Assembly (NCBI GenBank): GCA_024626585.2
Contig: JANKJI020000002.1
Span: 142,462,087 to 142,488,179, forward strand
Direction: 5' to 3'
Length of the DNA stretch: 26,093 bases
Source: Ginkgo biloba
Taxonomy: Eukaryota; Plantae; Ginkgophyta
The notes beneath the pieces were generated by a model. The model had not been told where the DNA came from. It searched no databases and saw only the letters and a program-made list of their open reading frames with translations. Of the stretch, positions 1 to 11,540 are shown one piece after another; the stretch's first letter is position 1, and the number at the start of each line of letters is the position of its first letter. A program made the translations under genes and the position numbers.

Positions 1-558
1 CAACTCTATAACAAAATCAATTCAAAATTGCCAACTAGGCCACCATATCATGATTGCAAGTGATGTTGAGTCGATTGATGCTGGCCTGTAGGTGTAGACC
101 TTTCCCTCTTTGAGACAGTAGATGTGGACGTGGGAGCTAGTATTGTGTTGGTCAATGGAGAACCTAGTGAAGAATCTTTGGATGAAGGGTTACCTGCAAT
201 TGTAATGGACGTAGAGTACTACTACTACTCTCTCTCTTATCCTAATGATTTCTTTTTGAATTATAAACTATTGAAAACAACATCAAGGCCTTTGTCTGGT
301 GCATATCCTTTTTAGATCTTTTAGAAACCTTGAAAGATACAATAGTTCCCAACTCTATAACAAAATCAATTCAAAATTGCCAACTAGGCCACCATATCAT
401 GATTACAAACGATGTTGAGTCGATTAATGTTGGCCTATAGGTGTAGATCTTTTCCTCTTTGAGACAGTCGATGTGGACATGGGAGCTAGTATTGTGTTGA
501 TCAGTGGAGAACCTGCTGAAGAATGTTTGGATGAAGGGTTACCTACAATTGTAATGGA
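1..558. repeat. Direct repeat with 349-bp period inside the LTR (1-209 matches 350-558)
   Basis: caactctataacaaaatcaattcaaaattgccaactaggc...gtaatggac occurs at 1-209 and 350-558 with scattered, mostly transition, differences. Confidence 0.95.
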
Positions 559-772
559 CAACTTAGGAGATTGTCAAGGCGATGCTTGTCCTAATGAAGC
601 GGAATGAGATGATGTTGACGTAAATTGTGAATCTTTGTTTGCCTAAAGTGTAGTCTTAGGTGTCAGTTGGATGGTGAATGCCATTATGTCTTCCAAGTCT
701 AAATTTAATGTGCTATTCATGGCTAACTTTGTCCCTCCTTTCAATGTCAAATTTGCAAAAGTATGAGCTGCA
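1..772 (-). mobile_element. 3' LTR (partial, runs off window) of a Ty3/gypsy chromovirus
   Basis: On the minus strand, the purine tract GGGGTAGGGAGAGA plus TAT is followed by TG(CAGCTC...) at 772, directly after the integrase-chromodomain reading frame. This is the canonical PPT-LTR arrangement. Confidence 0.7.
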
Positions 773-775
773 ATA

Positions 776-789
776 TCTCTCCCTACCCC
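776..789 (-). promoter_or_regulatory. Polypurine tract (PPT) of the chromovirus
   Basis: Plus strand tctctccctacccc = minus GGGGTAGGGAGAGA, 3 nt before the LTR TG, overlapping the end of pol. Confidence 0.7.
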
Positions 790-1464
790 ACAGATATCAT
801 TTCCCAAATTGACCCCAACTTCTTTGAAAAAAACAATAGATTCTCAAGTAGCTTCTTTAAGGGGCTTATTAGACCATTCCATAAGATACTGTGTAATGTC
901 TCTGTTTCTTAAATTCCTTATCCACTCGTCCAATATGCCAATTGGATCATGAACTTCATGTTCAACTTCTTGGACATCAACATAGTTAGGAAAAACATGA
1001 TCATATCTCAACAAATCTTTCTTTAGAAAACTTACATGAAAAATTGAATGAATTTTAATATGATCTAGTAATTGTAATCTATAAGTCACTTCATTTATTT
1101 TTTCCAATGCCTAGAATGGCCCACAATATCATAGTGAAAGCTTGTTGCACCTTCATATAGACAAAGAGCTATTCAGTTTAAATCTTACGTAATCCATATC
1201 TCCCATTTTGAATGATCTTCCCGATCTATGTTGATCCACATACAATTTGGCACGAGCTCAAACTTTTTCAATATTCCTTCGGCACACTCTTAAATCTTCT
1301 TGCATTTGCTCCAACATCTCCAATGATACTTGTGTCTTCCCTTTGAAGTTCTTCGAATCCAAGTCCAAAGGAATGAGAGGATCATATCTACATACTGCTC
1401 TAAATGGCATCATTCTTGTTGTCGAATGTTTGTTGTTGTTGTATGCGAACTCTACGAAGGAAAG
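790..1464 (-). pseudogene. Chromovirus integrase C-terminal half, GPF/SH3-like region and chromodomain (degenerate)
   Basis: Translates to LSFVEFAYNN..HSTTRMMPF, YCGPF*ALEKINEVTYRLQL..IHSIFHVSFLKK and PIGILD..RNLRNRDITQYLMEWSNKPLKEAT*E (chromodomain). Contains in-frame stops. Confidence 0.92.
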
Positions 1465-2315
1465 CTTCAGATATGAGGACAAGAGATGCTTGGCGTTATT
1501 CATCAAAGAGCTATTCTCCCATTGACAACAACTGCTAAGAGAGAGACAGAGATCAGATAGACTTATTACTTCTTTCTTTCAGTAGACTCTAGGACCAGGT
1601 GAACGAAAGCCTCCCTTTGATCAAATTAATTCACACAATACCACTCACAGATTTAGAACACTGGCCAGCCTCCAGAACCACTCAACATACGGTTAGGCCG
1701 CCTCATAAGCCGCCCCCTACTCGACAGACGACTAGACTACCTCGTAGGCCCCCCCACCGGACCCACTATCCTATTACTTAAGAGCGCGGGCGCATCGCTA
1801 GTTTTTTCATCCCCTCGAGAGGAGCATCNNNNNNNNNNNNNNNNNNNNNNNNNNNNNNNNNNNNNNNNNNNNNNNNNNNNNNNNNNNNNNNNNNNNNNNN
1901 NNNNNNNNNNNNNNNNNNNNNNNNNNNNTGAGATCAGAGGTAGATATTGTTGTCTGTTTAGGAGTGTTGGGGACTCTTTATCTATCTTCTTCAGATTTGA
2001 GGACCAGAGGTGCTTGGCGTTATTCATCAGAGAGTTATTCTTTCATCGACGACACCTGTTGAGAGAGAGAGAGAGATCAGGCAAACTCATCGCTTGCTTT
2101 TTTTAGTCGATTCTAGGACTAGGTGGACGTAAGTGCCCCCTTTATTAGATTGATTCACACAGTACTGCTCACATATTTAGGAGACATTGCCCAACCTCCA
2201 AGACTTCTCGACAGACGGCTAGATTGCCTCGCAGGCACCCCCATCGGATCCATCATCCTACTACCGTAGAGCAAGGGCATATCACCAATTTTTTCATCCC
2301 CTCGAGAGGGGCCTC
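1465..2315 (+). repeat. Two diverged direct copies, 1465-1828 and 1989-2315
   Basis: Both run from cttcagat(a/t)tgaggac..tgcttggcgttattcatca to ..ttttttcatcccctcgagagg. They are separated by a 100-N gap plus 60 nt. Confidence 0.9.
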
Positions 2316-2790
2316 AACCTCAGACGCTAGGAGAGTCATGTCTTCATCTTCATCGACTACTAGGCTACCCTTGAAGGTTATGCAACAATCATTTGTTATG
2401 CACATGCTTCCTAGAGTCATGTAGCAACACTCTACTGCAACATCTTCTTCACCGTATGACATTCTTCGAGATGTGTTAGGGGATCTTATAGTAGTCGACG
2501 GAGGATGTGGTCTTTGATCTTGAGGCTTCCATCTATGGTCATTAGACATCAAGATACACCACAACTGTGCAACACTAGCATCCTCTTGCACAATAGTGTC
2601 GCTTTTTGTCCATTTTCCATCTACTTTATTGTCCTTCTTGCTTCACTTCATTTACTTTATTGTTAGCTAGGTGATAGGCTAGAGTCGCTTTAGGCTCTCC
2701 CTTTGACTTATTATACATGTATTGTTTTCCTACAGTCCCAGTGACCTTTTTGTTGGCCATCCGTGGACACTAATAAAATTTCTTTCTTTC
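1465..2790 (+). mobile_element. ~1.3-kb insertion of foreign repeat-derived DNA splitting the chromovirus integrase
   Basis: Integrase homology stops at ~2791 (..DGQIESVNQIME..(W>R)EK) and resumes at ~1464 (LSFVEFAYNN). The intervening DNA is unrelated and more GC-rich. It includes an N gap at 1829-1928. Confidence 0.7.
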
Positions 2791-3240
2791 TTTCTCCCGA
2801 ACTCATTTGCTTGGTCGATACATGTGACTTCAACATCCTCCATGATTTGGTTAACACTTTCTATTTGTCCATCCATTTAAGGATAATATTCGCTACTAAA
2901 GATCAACTATGTGCCTAAGATTTGGAAAAAGTTTGTCCATAGGTGGCTCGAAATTTTGTCACATGATAAGGAATGAATCTAGAAATCTTCATAAGATAAT
3001 CCATGACCACCAAAATGTGATCATGTTGCCTCTACATTTTTGGAAAGATGTGACGAAGTCATGCAAATACTTTCTCATTTTCGTTCAATAATTGGCAATG
3101 GCATCAGTAAACTTGCGATTCATCTCTTTCCACTTTGATAACTTGGCATTGCTCACATGATTTTACATAGACCACTATTTCCTTCTTCATATTCTTCCAA
3201 TAAACATGTTCCTTTGTTGCTTCATAACTTTGATGTTAGA
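2791..3240 (-). pseudogene. Chromovirus integrase N-terminal half (H2C2 zinc finger and partial rve core)
   Basis: VYWKNMKKEIVVYVKSCEQCQ, LLMPLPI, DHILVVMDYL, LWTNFFQILGT*LIFSSEYYP*MDGQIESVNQ. There is an internal deletion between RFIP and SHLW. Confidence 0.88.
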
Positions 3241-3380
3241 ATAATTAATGTTATTTCATTGTACCTTTTACGTTTGTTCANNNNNNNNNNNNNNNNNNNN
3301 NNNNNNNNNNNNNNNNNNNNNNNNNNNNNNNNNNNNNNNNNNNNNNNNNNNNNNNNNNNNNNNNNNNNNNNNNNNNNNNN

Positions 3381-4642
3381 TGAATTATTCAATAAGTCAC
3401 ATGCCTAGAGGAACAACGCTGCCACTGAAATGTTGGGTTGTCATTCCTTCGACCTCCTTGCTCTCCCCAATCCCCTTGCCTTGGTATTCCAATGACCAAA
3501 TGATGGTGAAGCAAATGAATGCGCAAATATCCATGAATTAGAAAGGAAATAAGCAAACGAGGGAATTATAATGTGGTGAATAATGAAGCACAATCAAAAT
3601 AAATAGTGACAAGTTGATGTTATAAGGTAAAAACTTGGTAGTTAGGGTAAACAACCCCTTTACCCATTTAGCACAAGACTTGGGTCATATGGTGTATGCA
3701 TAGAACTGAGTAGAAGCCTCCACCATAGTTCCTTCAATAAATCAACAAGAAACTTTAGGTGTTAAACTTAGGGAAAAAATAGACAATAGGTTTGTGAGTA
3801 TGTGGAGGGGTCAATTCGGCCCAAAACGACTATGCATTGTAAAGGATGGTCAAGAACTGGCCTTGAAGCCTTTAACAGATTCAATGGAGACATGAATGCA
3901 TGCCCCTTTGAAGCATAGCATGGGGGAGTCACACGAATTTCGAATGAGTAAAGGCACCAAGATGTAGCCATTTAGAGAGATTGAGCGCATCAATGGAGGA
4001 AGCAAAGCCCTTAGAACCTCGACAGGCCTCAAGGGAGACAAGATGCAAGTAACCACCTATATGCGAAAATGACAAAACGCTAAAGGGCGATGAGGATACC
4101 ATGAGAAAAGAAAAATAAGGCGACAACTTTGCTTGAACAAGAAAGGTTGATGTTACTATGAATAACAACTTGCTAATCTGATTCATTCTCTCCCGACCCT
4201 CTCTAATTCATCTCTATCTAATCGAAAGGAGGCATTTTGAATGGGCTAGAATAGTTGGATTGATTAAACAGGTGCAGGAATCTACACCGCTTGTTTTGAT
4301 TTCACAACCTTAACTAAATATTTTAATCAAATGGATAGTCTGGGATCACATGTAGCATAATAGGACCAAGAGATAGTACTTCACAGGCTAAGAGGCTTAC
4401 GTGCATGGTTTGAGCTCAGTAGTGGAGGATTAACATGGTAATGCAGAAAGGGTTCATCTTTGGGAGATGAGTCGTACGCTGGAATAGAGCAAGGCAGCCT
4501 AGGAATACAACAAATTTAATATTAATGAAAAACAAGGATGGAACAAACCCCCCCGTCCTAAGTAGATAAACATAATGATCACCAATGAATAAAATAATAA
4601 TAATGACCAATAATATAAATGCTAGCACGTGTTATGTGTTCA
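3381..4642 (+). repeat. LTR-like dispersed repeat, copy 1
   Basis: 3381-3641 matches 17649-17919, and 4137-4642 matches 20572-21063. Manual alignment of 4321-4440 gives 18 mismatches in 120 nt. TATAAG at 3621. Both copies end at ..gttCA. The repeat is directly seen; LTR identity and strand are inferred. Confidence 0.75.
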
Positions 4643-5367
4643 AGATTTTAGCCATTATGAGGAAAGAGACTTGTCGACCAACCATAGGATCCTAGATCTC
4701 TCATCACAACAACTAGAGATGCACGTGAATGACCTAAAGAAGTAATGAAATCGATATTGGAAGAAAATGTGGTGAAAATGACCTACAACTAGAAATAAAC
4801 ATCTCTTACTTTGTTGACAAAACTAACGATCAATGATACCTTGAATAGTCTCCAAAATTGGAAGCAAACTCTACATCACTGCTATAGATGTCGATAATGC
4901 CTGAACAACCCTAAGAATATAGTGAGTGCCAGATGCCACCAAATACTACAAAATGACAATCAGATCAAGAAAGAAGTTGTTGTAGTCATTGTAGATGCAC
5001 AAATGACTGAGTTGTCACTATGGAGATTAAGGTATATGGATAAATGGGTGATGATGGAGGCAAGTGAAAGGAAAATATCATTGAGGAGGTAGGTCAATCA
5101 TGGTAAACAGAAAAAGATAAGTCATTGCCTAAAGCAATAAGGCTAGTAACGGTGAGATAAAGCTCCAAATGCTTCCCTAGAAGACTTGTATTCGAGGCAC
5201 CAGTTTAAGGTTCAAAAAGGAGATTCAACAAAAACAAGGAAAGCAAGATGGCAACGATGTGTTTCCAAAAGTAATTTATTTAATGAAACAAATAAGAAAA
5301 ACAAAAAGGCAAACCAAAAAGGATCAAGAAAAAGTTTGTTTTTCGTATTTTTGTATTTCTTTCCTAT

Positions 5368-6540
5368 TTATGTATAATGTTTTTTAACAAACTGGCCATC
5401 AGTGGGATAACAGAACAAATTACCATCAGGTGACCTAGCAGANNNNNNNNNNNNNNNNNNNNNNNNNNNNNNNNNNNNNNNNNNNNNNNNNNNNNNNNNN
5501 NNNNNNNNNNNNNNNNNNNNNNNNNNNNNNNNNNNNNNNNNNNNNNNNNNNNNNNNNNNNNNNNNNNNNNNNNNNNNNNNNNNNNNNNNNNNNNNNNNNN
5601 NNNNNNNNNNNNNNNNNNNNNNNNNNNNNNNNNNNNNNNNNNNNNNNNNNNNNNNNNNNNNNNNNNNNNNNNNNNNNNNNNNNNNNNNNNNNNNNNNNNN
5701 NNNNNNNNNNNNNNNNNNNNNNNNNNNNNNNNNNNNNNNNNNNNNNNNNNNNNNNNNNNNNNNNNNNNNNNNNNNNNNNNNNNNNNNNNNNNNNNNNNNN
5801 NNNNNNNNNNNNNNNNNNNNNNNNNNNNNNNNNNNNNNNNNNNNNNNNNNNNNNNNNNNNNNNNNNNNNNNNNNNNNNNNNNNNNNNNNNNNNNNNNNNN
5901 NNNNNNNNNNNNNNNNNNNNNNNNNNNNNNNNNNNNNNNNNNNNNNNNNNNNNNNNNNNNNNNNNNNNNNNNNNNNNNNNNNNNNNNNNNNNNNNNNNNN
6001 NNNNNNNNNNNNNNNNNNNNNNNNNNNNNNNNNNNNNNNNNNNNNNNNNNNNNNNNNNNNNNNNNNNNNNNNNNNNNNNNNNNNNNNNNNNNNNNNNNNN
6101 NNNNNNNNNNNNNNNNNNNNNNNNNNNNNNNNNNNNNNNNNNNNNNNNNNNNNNNNNNNNNNNNNNNNNNNNNNNNNNNNNNNNNNNNNNNNNTTTCACA
6201 AATGGACACTCAGGCAACACAGGATTAAGAGGTAGAAGTACATTTCTAAGTTTCCCTCCTACATTTTGACATTTATTGCATTATCTAACAAATGCGTAAG
6301 CATCTTTAAATAGGGACGACCAATAATCGCCCGCTCTTATGATCTTATGGGCCATAGTCTCACCTAAAAAGTGGCCACAATAGATACCAACATGACTCTC
6401 CTCTAGAATGCAAAGTGACTCATCTTCTGAGACACATCTGAAAAGCATATGGTCACTCATGTGCCTGTACAAAGTATCCCCTACAATGATAAATTTAGCA
6501 TATTGAACGTACATAGCACTCTTCTCTTTTGAAGATAGGC
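5368..6540 (-). pseudogene. Tat integrase (core hidden in N gap 5443-6193)
   Basis: LFRCVSEDES..ILEESHVGIYCGHFLGETMAHKIIRAGDYWSSLFKDAYAFVR*CNKCQ before the gap; PDGNLFCYPTDGQFVKKHYT* after it. Confidence 0.88.
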
Positions 6541-6689
6541 CTAGGGAAAAACCCTGGTCTTGTTAGTAAAGAACACTGGGAGCATACCATTTTGGGTTTT
6601 CTTCTATGACTAGTATAAGTTCATCTAAAAATGAATCATCCAAGAAAGTTGGAGACTCGTGGTCAATAGGATAATTTGCTAAGTACTCA

Positions 6690-8150
6690 ACTAACCCTCA
6701 CCCCTCTACTGTCATAATAGGGCAAATCTCTAGGTCAAACTCCTCAAGTATCATAGCTCGCCTTCCTATTTTCCCACTCAACTCTGGGTGAGCGAGAAAA
6801 TATTTCAATGGATTAAGAGGAACTTTAGCTATGATGTAATGACTTAAAAGGTAGTGTTAAAACTTCTAGACAACGAAAACTAAGGCAAAACATTGCCTTT
6901 CTATATTGGTATAACTAAGTTGGTAATCAACTAAGGCCTTGCTAGTAAGATAGATAGGCTTTTCAGATGTTCTCTCATCTTCTTGCATCAAAATCAAACT
7001 CATGGCAATGGGAGATACATTGATGTAAACTATAAAGGATTTAGAAAATTCCAGAGATGCAAGGACTAGGGTCATAGTAAGTTCTTCCTTAACCTTACAG
7101 AAGGCTACTTTTGCCTCTTTAATCCATTCAAAGTGTGTATTGCCTCTAAGGAGGTAATTGATAGGTTTAACAATTTTTGCATACTCCTCAAGAAATCTAG
7201 TAATGTAATTTACCTTTTTAAAGGACTGAAGTTCTTTCTTGGACTCAAGAAGGGGAAGCTTTAGCATGGTTTAACTTTTTCAAGATCTATTTTCGAACCT
7301 TGTGCATATATGATGAACCCTAGGAGTCAACCTTCGTTAACTGCAAAGATACACATTTTAGACTAAAGTTCTTTCTTGGACTCAAGAAGGGGAAGCTTTC
7401 GCATGGTTCAAATCTTTCAAGATCTATTTTCAAACCTTGTGGACATATGATGAACCCTAGGGATCAACCTTCATTAACTACAAAGATGCACTTTTAAGGG
7501 TTTAGGGAAATGCCATAACATCTACATGTTTGCAATACGATCTAGAGATGAACGAAATGGTCATATTTTGTTTTGTAATGTATAGTCAGATCATCAAAAT
7601 AGATTTTGATGATAGTAGTGATGAGGTTGTGGAAAGCAGTAGTAATGGCTCATTGGAATGCTACACCTACATTGATTAACTTGAACAGCATCATGTTATA
7701 AGCAAAGGTGCCCCAATGTGTGGTAAATGTGGTTTTGAGTTTATCTTCTTATCGTGTCTTGATCTTATTATAACCCAAAAAGCCATCTAGTAGGGAGATA
7801 ATTTGTGATCCTAGCACTAAGTTGAAAATATCTCGAACGTGAGGGACTAGAAAATTGTCCTTCTACATAGCCCCATTCAAGTTCTTGAAGTCAATACATG
7901 TGCAAATTTCATTTTTCTTTTTACAAAGATAGACGATGCCCAACACCCATGTAGGGTAATCAACCAAAAAAATAACTTTAGCCTCATTTTTTAGACTTCT
8001 TTTTCAATGACAATGTTGGTTGTTGGATTAATCAGTCTCAGATGCTACCTAAAAGGCTTGGCATCCGATCTAATGGGAACATGATGAGATGCCACATTAG
8101 GGTCAAAACTCCTCAATTCTTCATACAACCAAGAAAAACAATCCTAGTAT
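6690..8150 (-). pseudogene. Tat reverse transcriptase and RNase H
   Basis: KTTFTTHWGTFAYNMMLFKLINVGVAFQ, YFDD, SKKELQSF..VNYITRF, EKPIYLTSKAL..YTNIERQCFALVF. Many stops and frameshifts. Confidence 0.92.
7224..7496. repeat. 137-bp tandem duplication within RT (7224-7360 / 7361-7496)
   Basis: gactgaagttctttcttggactcaagaaggggaagc.. is repeated as gactaaagttctttcttggactcaagaaggggaagc.. Confidence 0.95.
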
Positions 8151-8747
8151 TCTCTAAAAATTCACAAAGTTATTCAATGGCAACATCTGAGATCAGACTC
8201 AGATTCAATGTTCAAAGATATAGAATCCCCTTTTTTGCAAACAAAAGGCTCATCAACTAGNNNNNNNNNNNNNNNNNNNNNNNNNNNNNNNNNNNNNNNN
8301 NNNNNNNNNNNNNNNNNNNNNNNNNNNNNNNNNNNNNNNNNNNNNNNNNNNNNNNNNNNNGTATAGGATGTCATGGGATGTCCTTAGTTGTGAACATGGA
8401 TTCTAGGACTTCCAAACCCTGAGGATTCTTGTTGGACTTTAGATCAATAATAGTCTCAAGCTGGTTAAAATGATAACATGAATCAAAATCTATACAGTGA
8501 GATTCCTCATTCTTCCTTCTAAGAAGCAACAAAGCGCTTCACCATTATTGAATACCTAGCAATGTTCCTCATTATCAAGAACGAAAGGATAGTATCAAAT
8601 TTTGGTAGGATAGGATCCACTCAAGACACAAAGATCTAGTCTAAATAGTGATGCAAAAACCTCAGGATCTCAGTGTTTTGATCTCGTGGAATAAAGAAGA
8701 TTTCAAAATGATCAAAATGTTGAATAAGGCTTCAACAAATCTTGATA

Positions 8748-9014
8748 CTACTTGACCAAAGTGTCCTTGATTTGATACGTCTTCTTCTTTTGCAAAATCA
8801 CTAGCTCACTATTACCAAACACTTGGACATTAGTCAGCTTTAACTCAAAATCCTTATTCAACCCAAGATTCAGAGCTTTGTATTCGACTACATTATTTGC
8901 ACAAGAGAATTCAAGTCTAACACTTACATAGAAGACTAGGCCCAATTCATTCCTAAGGACAAAACCAATCCCTACACTACTTCGATTCCTAGCGCCATAG
9001 AAGGTCGTTTCCAT
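8748..9014 (-). pseudogene. Additional (archaeal-type) RNase H domain, aRH copy 1
   Basis: FYGARNRSSVGIGFVL..RLEFSCANNVVEYKALNLGL..LKLTNVQVFGNSELVI matches the RNase HI-like FDG..NN.AEYEAL..GDS.LV pattern. Confidence 0.9.
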
Positions 9015-9722
9015 AGTCGCTTTTTGGCTCCTTGGTCTACATTCATAGCAGAAGATTCAATTTGTAACTGCTCAACGAGAGCAAAAGTACCAAGACTAGA
9101 GTCAACTAATGGAGAACCATTGTCAACCTACTCTTGATGTACATCATCAAGGAGGGAATGAAATGCATTAGGCTTGCGGGCTTCGTGAGGGATGGTCTCT
9201 GTTGTCCTGCAGTATGGAAGAGTGAGAATATTGTAGTGCATACTGATATTGACTTTATAATCGTCGATCCAAGGCCTTCCGAAAAAGATTGTGCAAGTGG
9301 TGGAGGCATAAATAACAATGAAAGTCAAAATGACATAAAGGTTAGGATGTTTGATAGCGACACAAACATCCTTAATATGGCNNNNNNNNNNNNNNNNNNN
9401 NNNNNNNTCCTTTTACGTTATAGTGGTAAGGTTTAGTCATCTCAAGACCAAGTCTCTTCATTACACCTAAAGAAATAACATTATAGGCTACTCTAGTATC
9501 TACCAAGCAATTGCTTTATTTGATATCATTAATTCTCATTGAAATATAGAAGGTGGGTTTCCCCTTCATAACAGTGATCACTACTGGAGTATTCGGAGGA
9601 GGTGATAACTTTTTGAGTGGATNNNNNNNNNNNNNNNNNNNNNNNNNNNNNNNNNNNNNNNNNNNNNNNNNNNNNNNNNNNNNNNNNNNNNNNNNNNNNN
9701 NNNNNNNNNNNNNNNNNNNNNN

Positions 9723-11540
9723 GTAAGTGAAGGTGCCCCAATGTATGGTAATCATGATTTTGAGTTTATCTTCCTCTCGTATGTTGCTATGCATGTAACC
9801 AAAAAGTCATCTAGAAAGGAGATAATATGTGATTCTAAAACTAAATCAATAATCTCTTGAATGTGAAGGATTTAAAATTTGGTCTTTATGTGTAGCCCTA
9901 TTTAAGTTTCTTAAATCAACACAATACAAATTTCATTATTCTTTTTGCAAGCAAGGATNNNNNNNNNNGGTAGGGTGATCAACTTGAAATCTAACTTTAG
10001 CCTTTAGAATTTTCTAGAATTTCTTCTTAATAAGACCATTAGTCATTGGATTAATTATTCTTTGAGGTTGTCTCAAATAGTTAGCATATGATCTAATAGG
10101 GATATGATGAAATGTTGCATTAAGGTCTAAGCCCCTCAATTCCTCATATGACCAAGAAAAATAATCTCAGTATTCCTAAGATAATTCATGAAGTTGTTCA
10201 ATGGTTGAGTAGTCAACCCTTATATGAAGGGATTAGGGATTAAAATTAGATCTGATGTTAAAAGTTATATCCTTGATATTATTGAGGGAAGGATCATTAA
10301 TGAATTCGGGATGCCATGAGATATTGTAAGTGGTGAATATGGATTCTAAGACTTTAGATCAATGAGAGACTCATCATAGTTAGAATGATAACATTAATTG
10401 AAATCTCTATGGTCATATTTCTCAGTTTTCCTTTCTAAGAAGCAACAAACCACTCCATTATTATCGAATACTTACCTATGTTCCTCATCATCAAGAATAG
10501 AAGGGTAGTATCAAATTTTGATAGGATAGGATCTAGTAGGGATATTGATATCTATTCTAAAGAGTGATGCAAAAACTACAAGGTTATCAACCTTAGAGTT
10601 TTGATCTCATGGGGTGCAAAAAAAATTGAAATGATATAAACATTGAAGAAGGCTTATCACCAACTCTGATATTACTCAATCAAAGTGTACCCGACTTGAT
10701 ACGTCTTTTTCGATCATATAGTCACTAGCTCATTATCTCCAAATGCTTGGAGATTATTTGCTTCAACTTTAAAACCTTATTCAACCCAACGATTAGAGTT
10801 TTCTATTCGGTTGCATTGTTTGCCTAGGAAAATGCAAGTCTCGCATTGAAGTAGAAGACTAGGCCCAATTCATTCTTAAGGATAAAACTAACCCCTACAC
10901 CATTTTGATTCCCAATGCCATCAAAGGTCATCTTCCATAGATGGTTTCTACATTCTTGGTCTATATTCATGATAAAAGGTTAGATTTGTAACTACTCAAA
11001 GAGAGCATAGGTAACAAGCCTAGAGTAAACTAATGGAGAACCCTTGTCATCATAATCCTAATATACTTCATCAAGGAGGCAGTGAAATAAGTTAGTTTCC
11101 ATGCTTCATAAGGGTTGGTCTCTATCATTCTTCAGTATGGGATAATGATATTATTGTGCTACATGTTGATATTGATTTTATATTTGAAAATCCAAGGCCT
11201 CCCTAAAAGGATCGTATAAGTGGTAGGAGCTTCAATAANNNNNNNNNNNNNNNNNNNNNNNNNNNNNNNTAAAGACACAAAGATCCTTAATCTAGCCTAG
11301 TAGAGTGATGTTGTGACTATTGAATCCTTTTAGGTTATCATGGTAAAGGTCTAGTTATTTAGAGGCTAGCTTTCTTCATCACACCAGAGACATAATATTG
11401 TGGGATGCTTTGGTATCCAACAAGCAGTTGATTACCTCAATATTATTAATTCTCACCAAAATATTGAGGGTAGTTTCTCCTTCATAACAGTGTTTACTAT
11501 GGGTGTATTAGAAGCAAGTGATAACTTTTAAGTGGATTCC
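9723..11540 (-). repeat. Second diverged PR-aRH-RT(N-terminal) block, paralogous to ~7703-9622
   Basis: aaggtgccccaatgt at ~7705 and ~9730; gaagactaggcccaattcatt at ~8931 and ~10854; gtgataacttt..agtggat at ~9602 and ~11518. The junction lies in the N gap 9623-9722. Confidence 0.85.

Noticed and set aside
4416-4628. Hydrophobic 70-aa minus-strand ORF (membrane or env-like peptide)
   Set aside because: It has a non-ATG start, its hydrophobicity follows from T-rich sequence, and the paralogous copy has an in-frame TGA at ~21010.
4621-4632. GCTAGC/CACGTG (G-box) palindromes conserved in both repeat copies
   Set aside because: Short motifs inside a generally conserved repeat; no independent evidence of function.
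4643-4670. PPT that would make 3381-4642 the 3' LTR of the minus-strand Tat element
   Set aside because: The minus strand here is not purine-rich, and the TATA-like motif favours plus orientation.
5364-6220. Long ORFs of 261-281 aa in the ORF track
   Set aside because: Almost entirely X from an N gap; artefact. The real content is Tat integrase.
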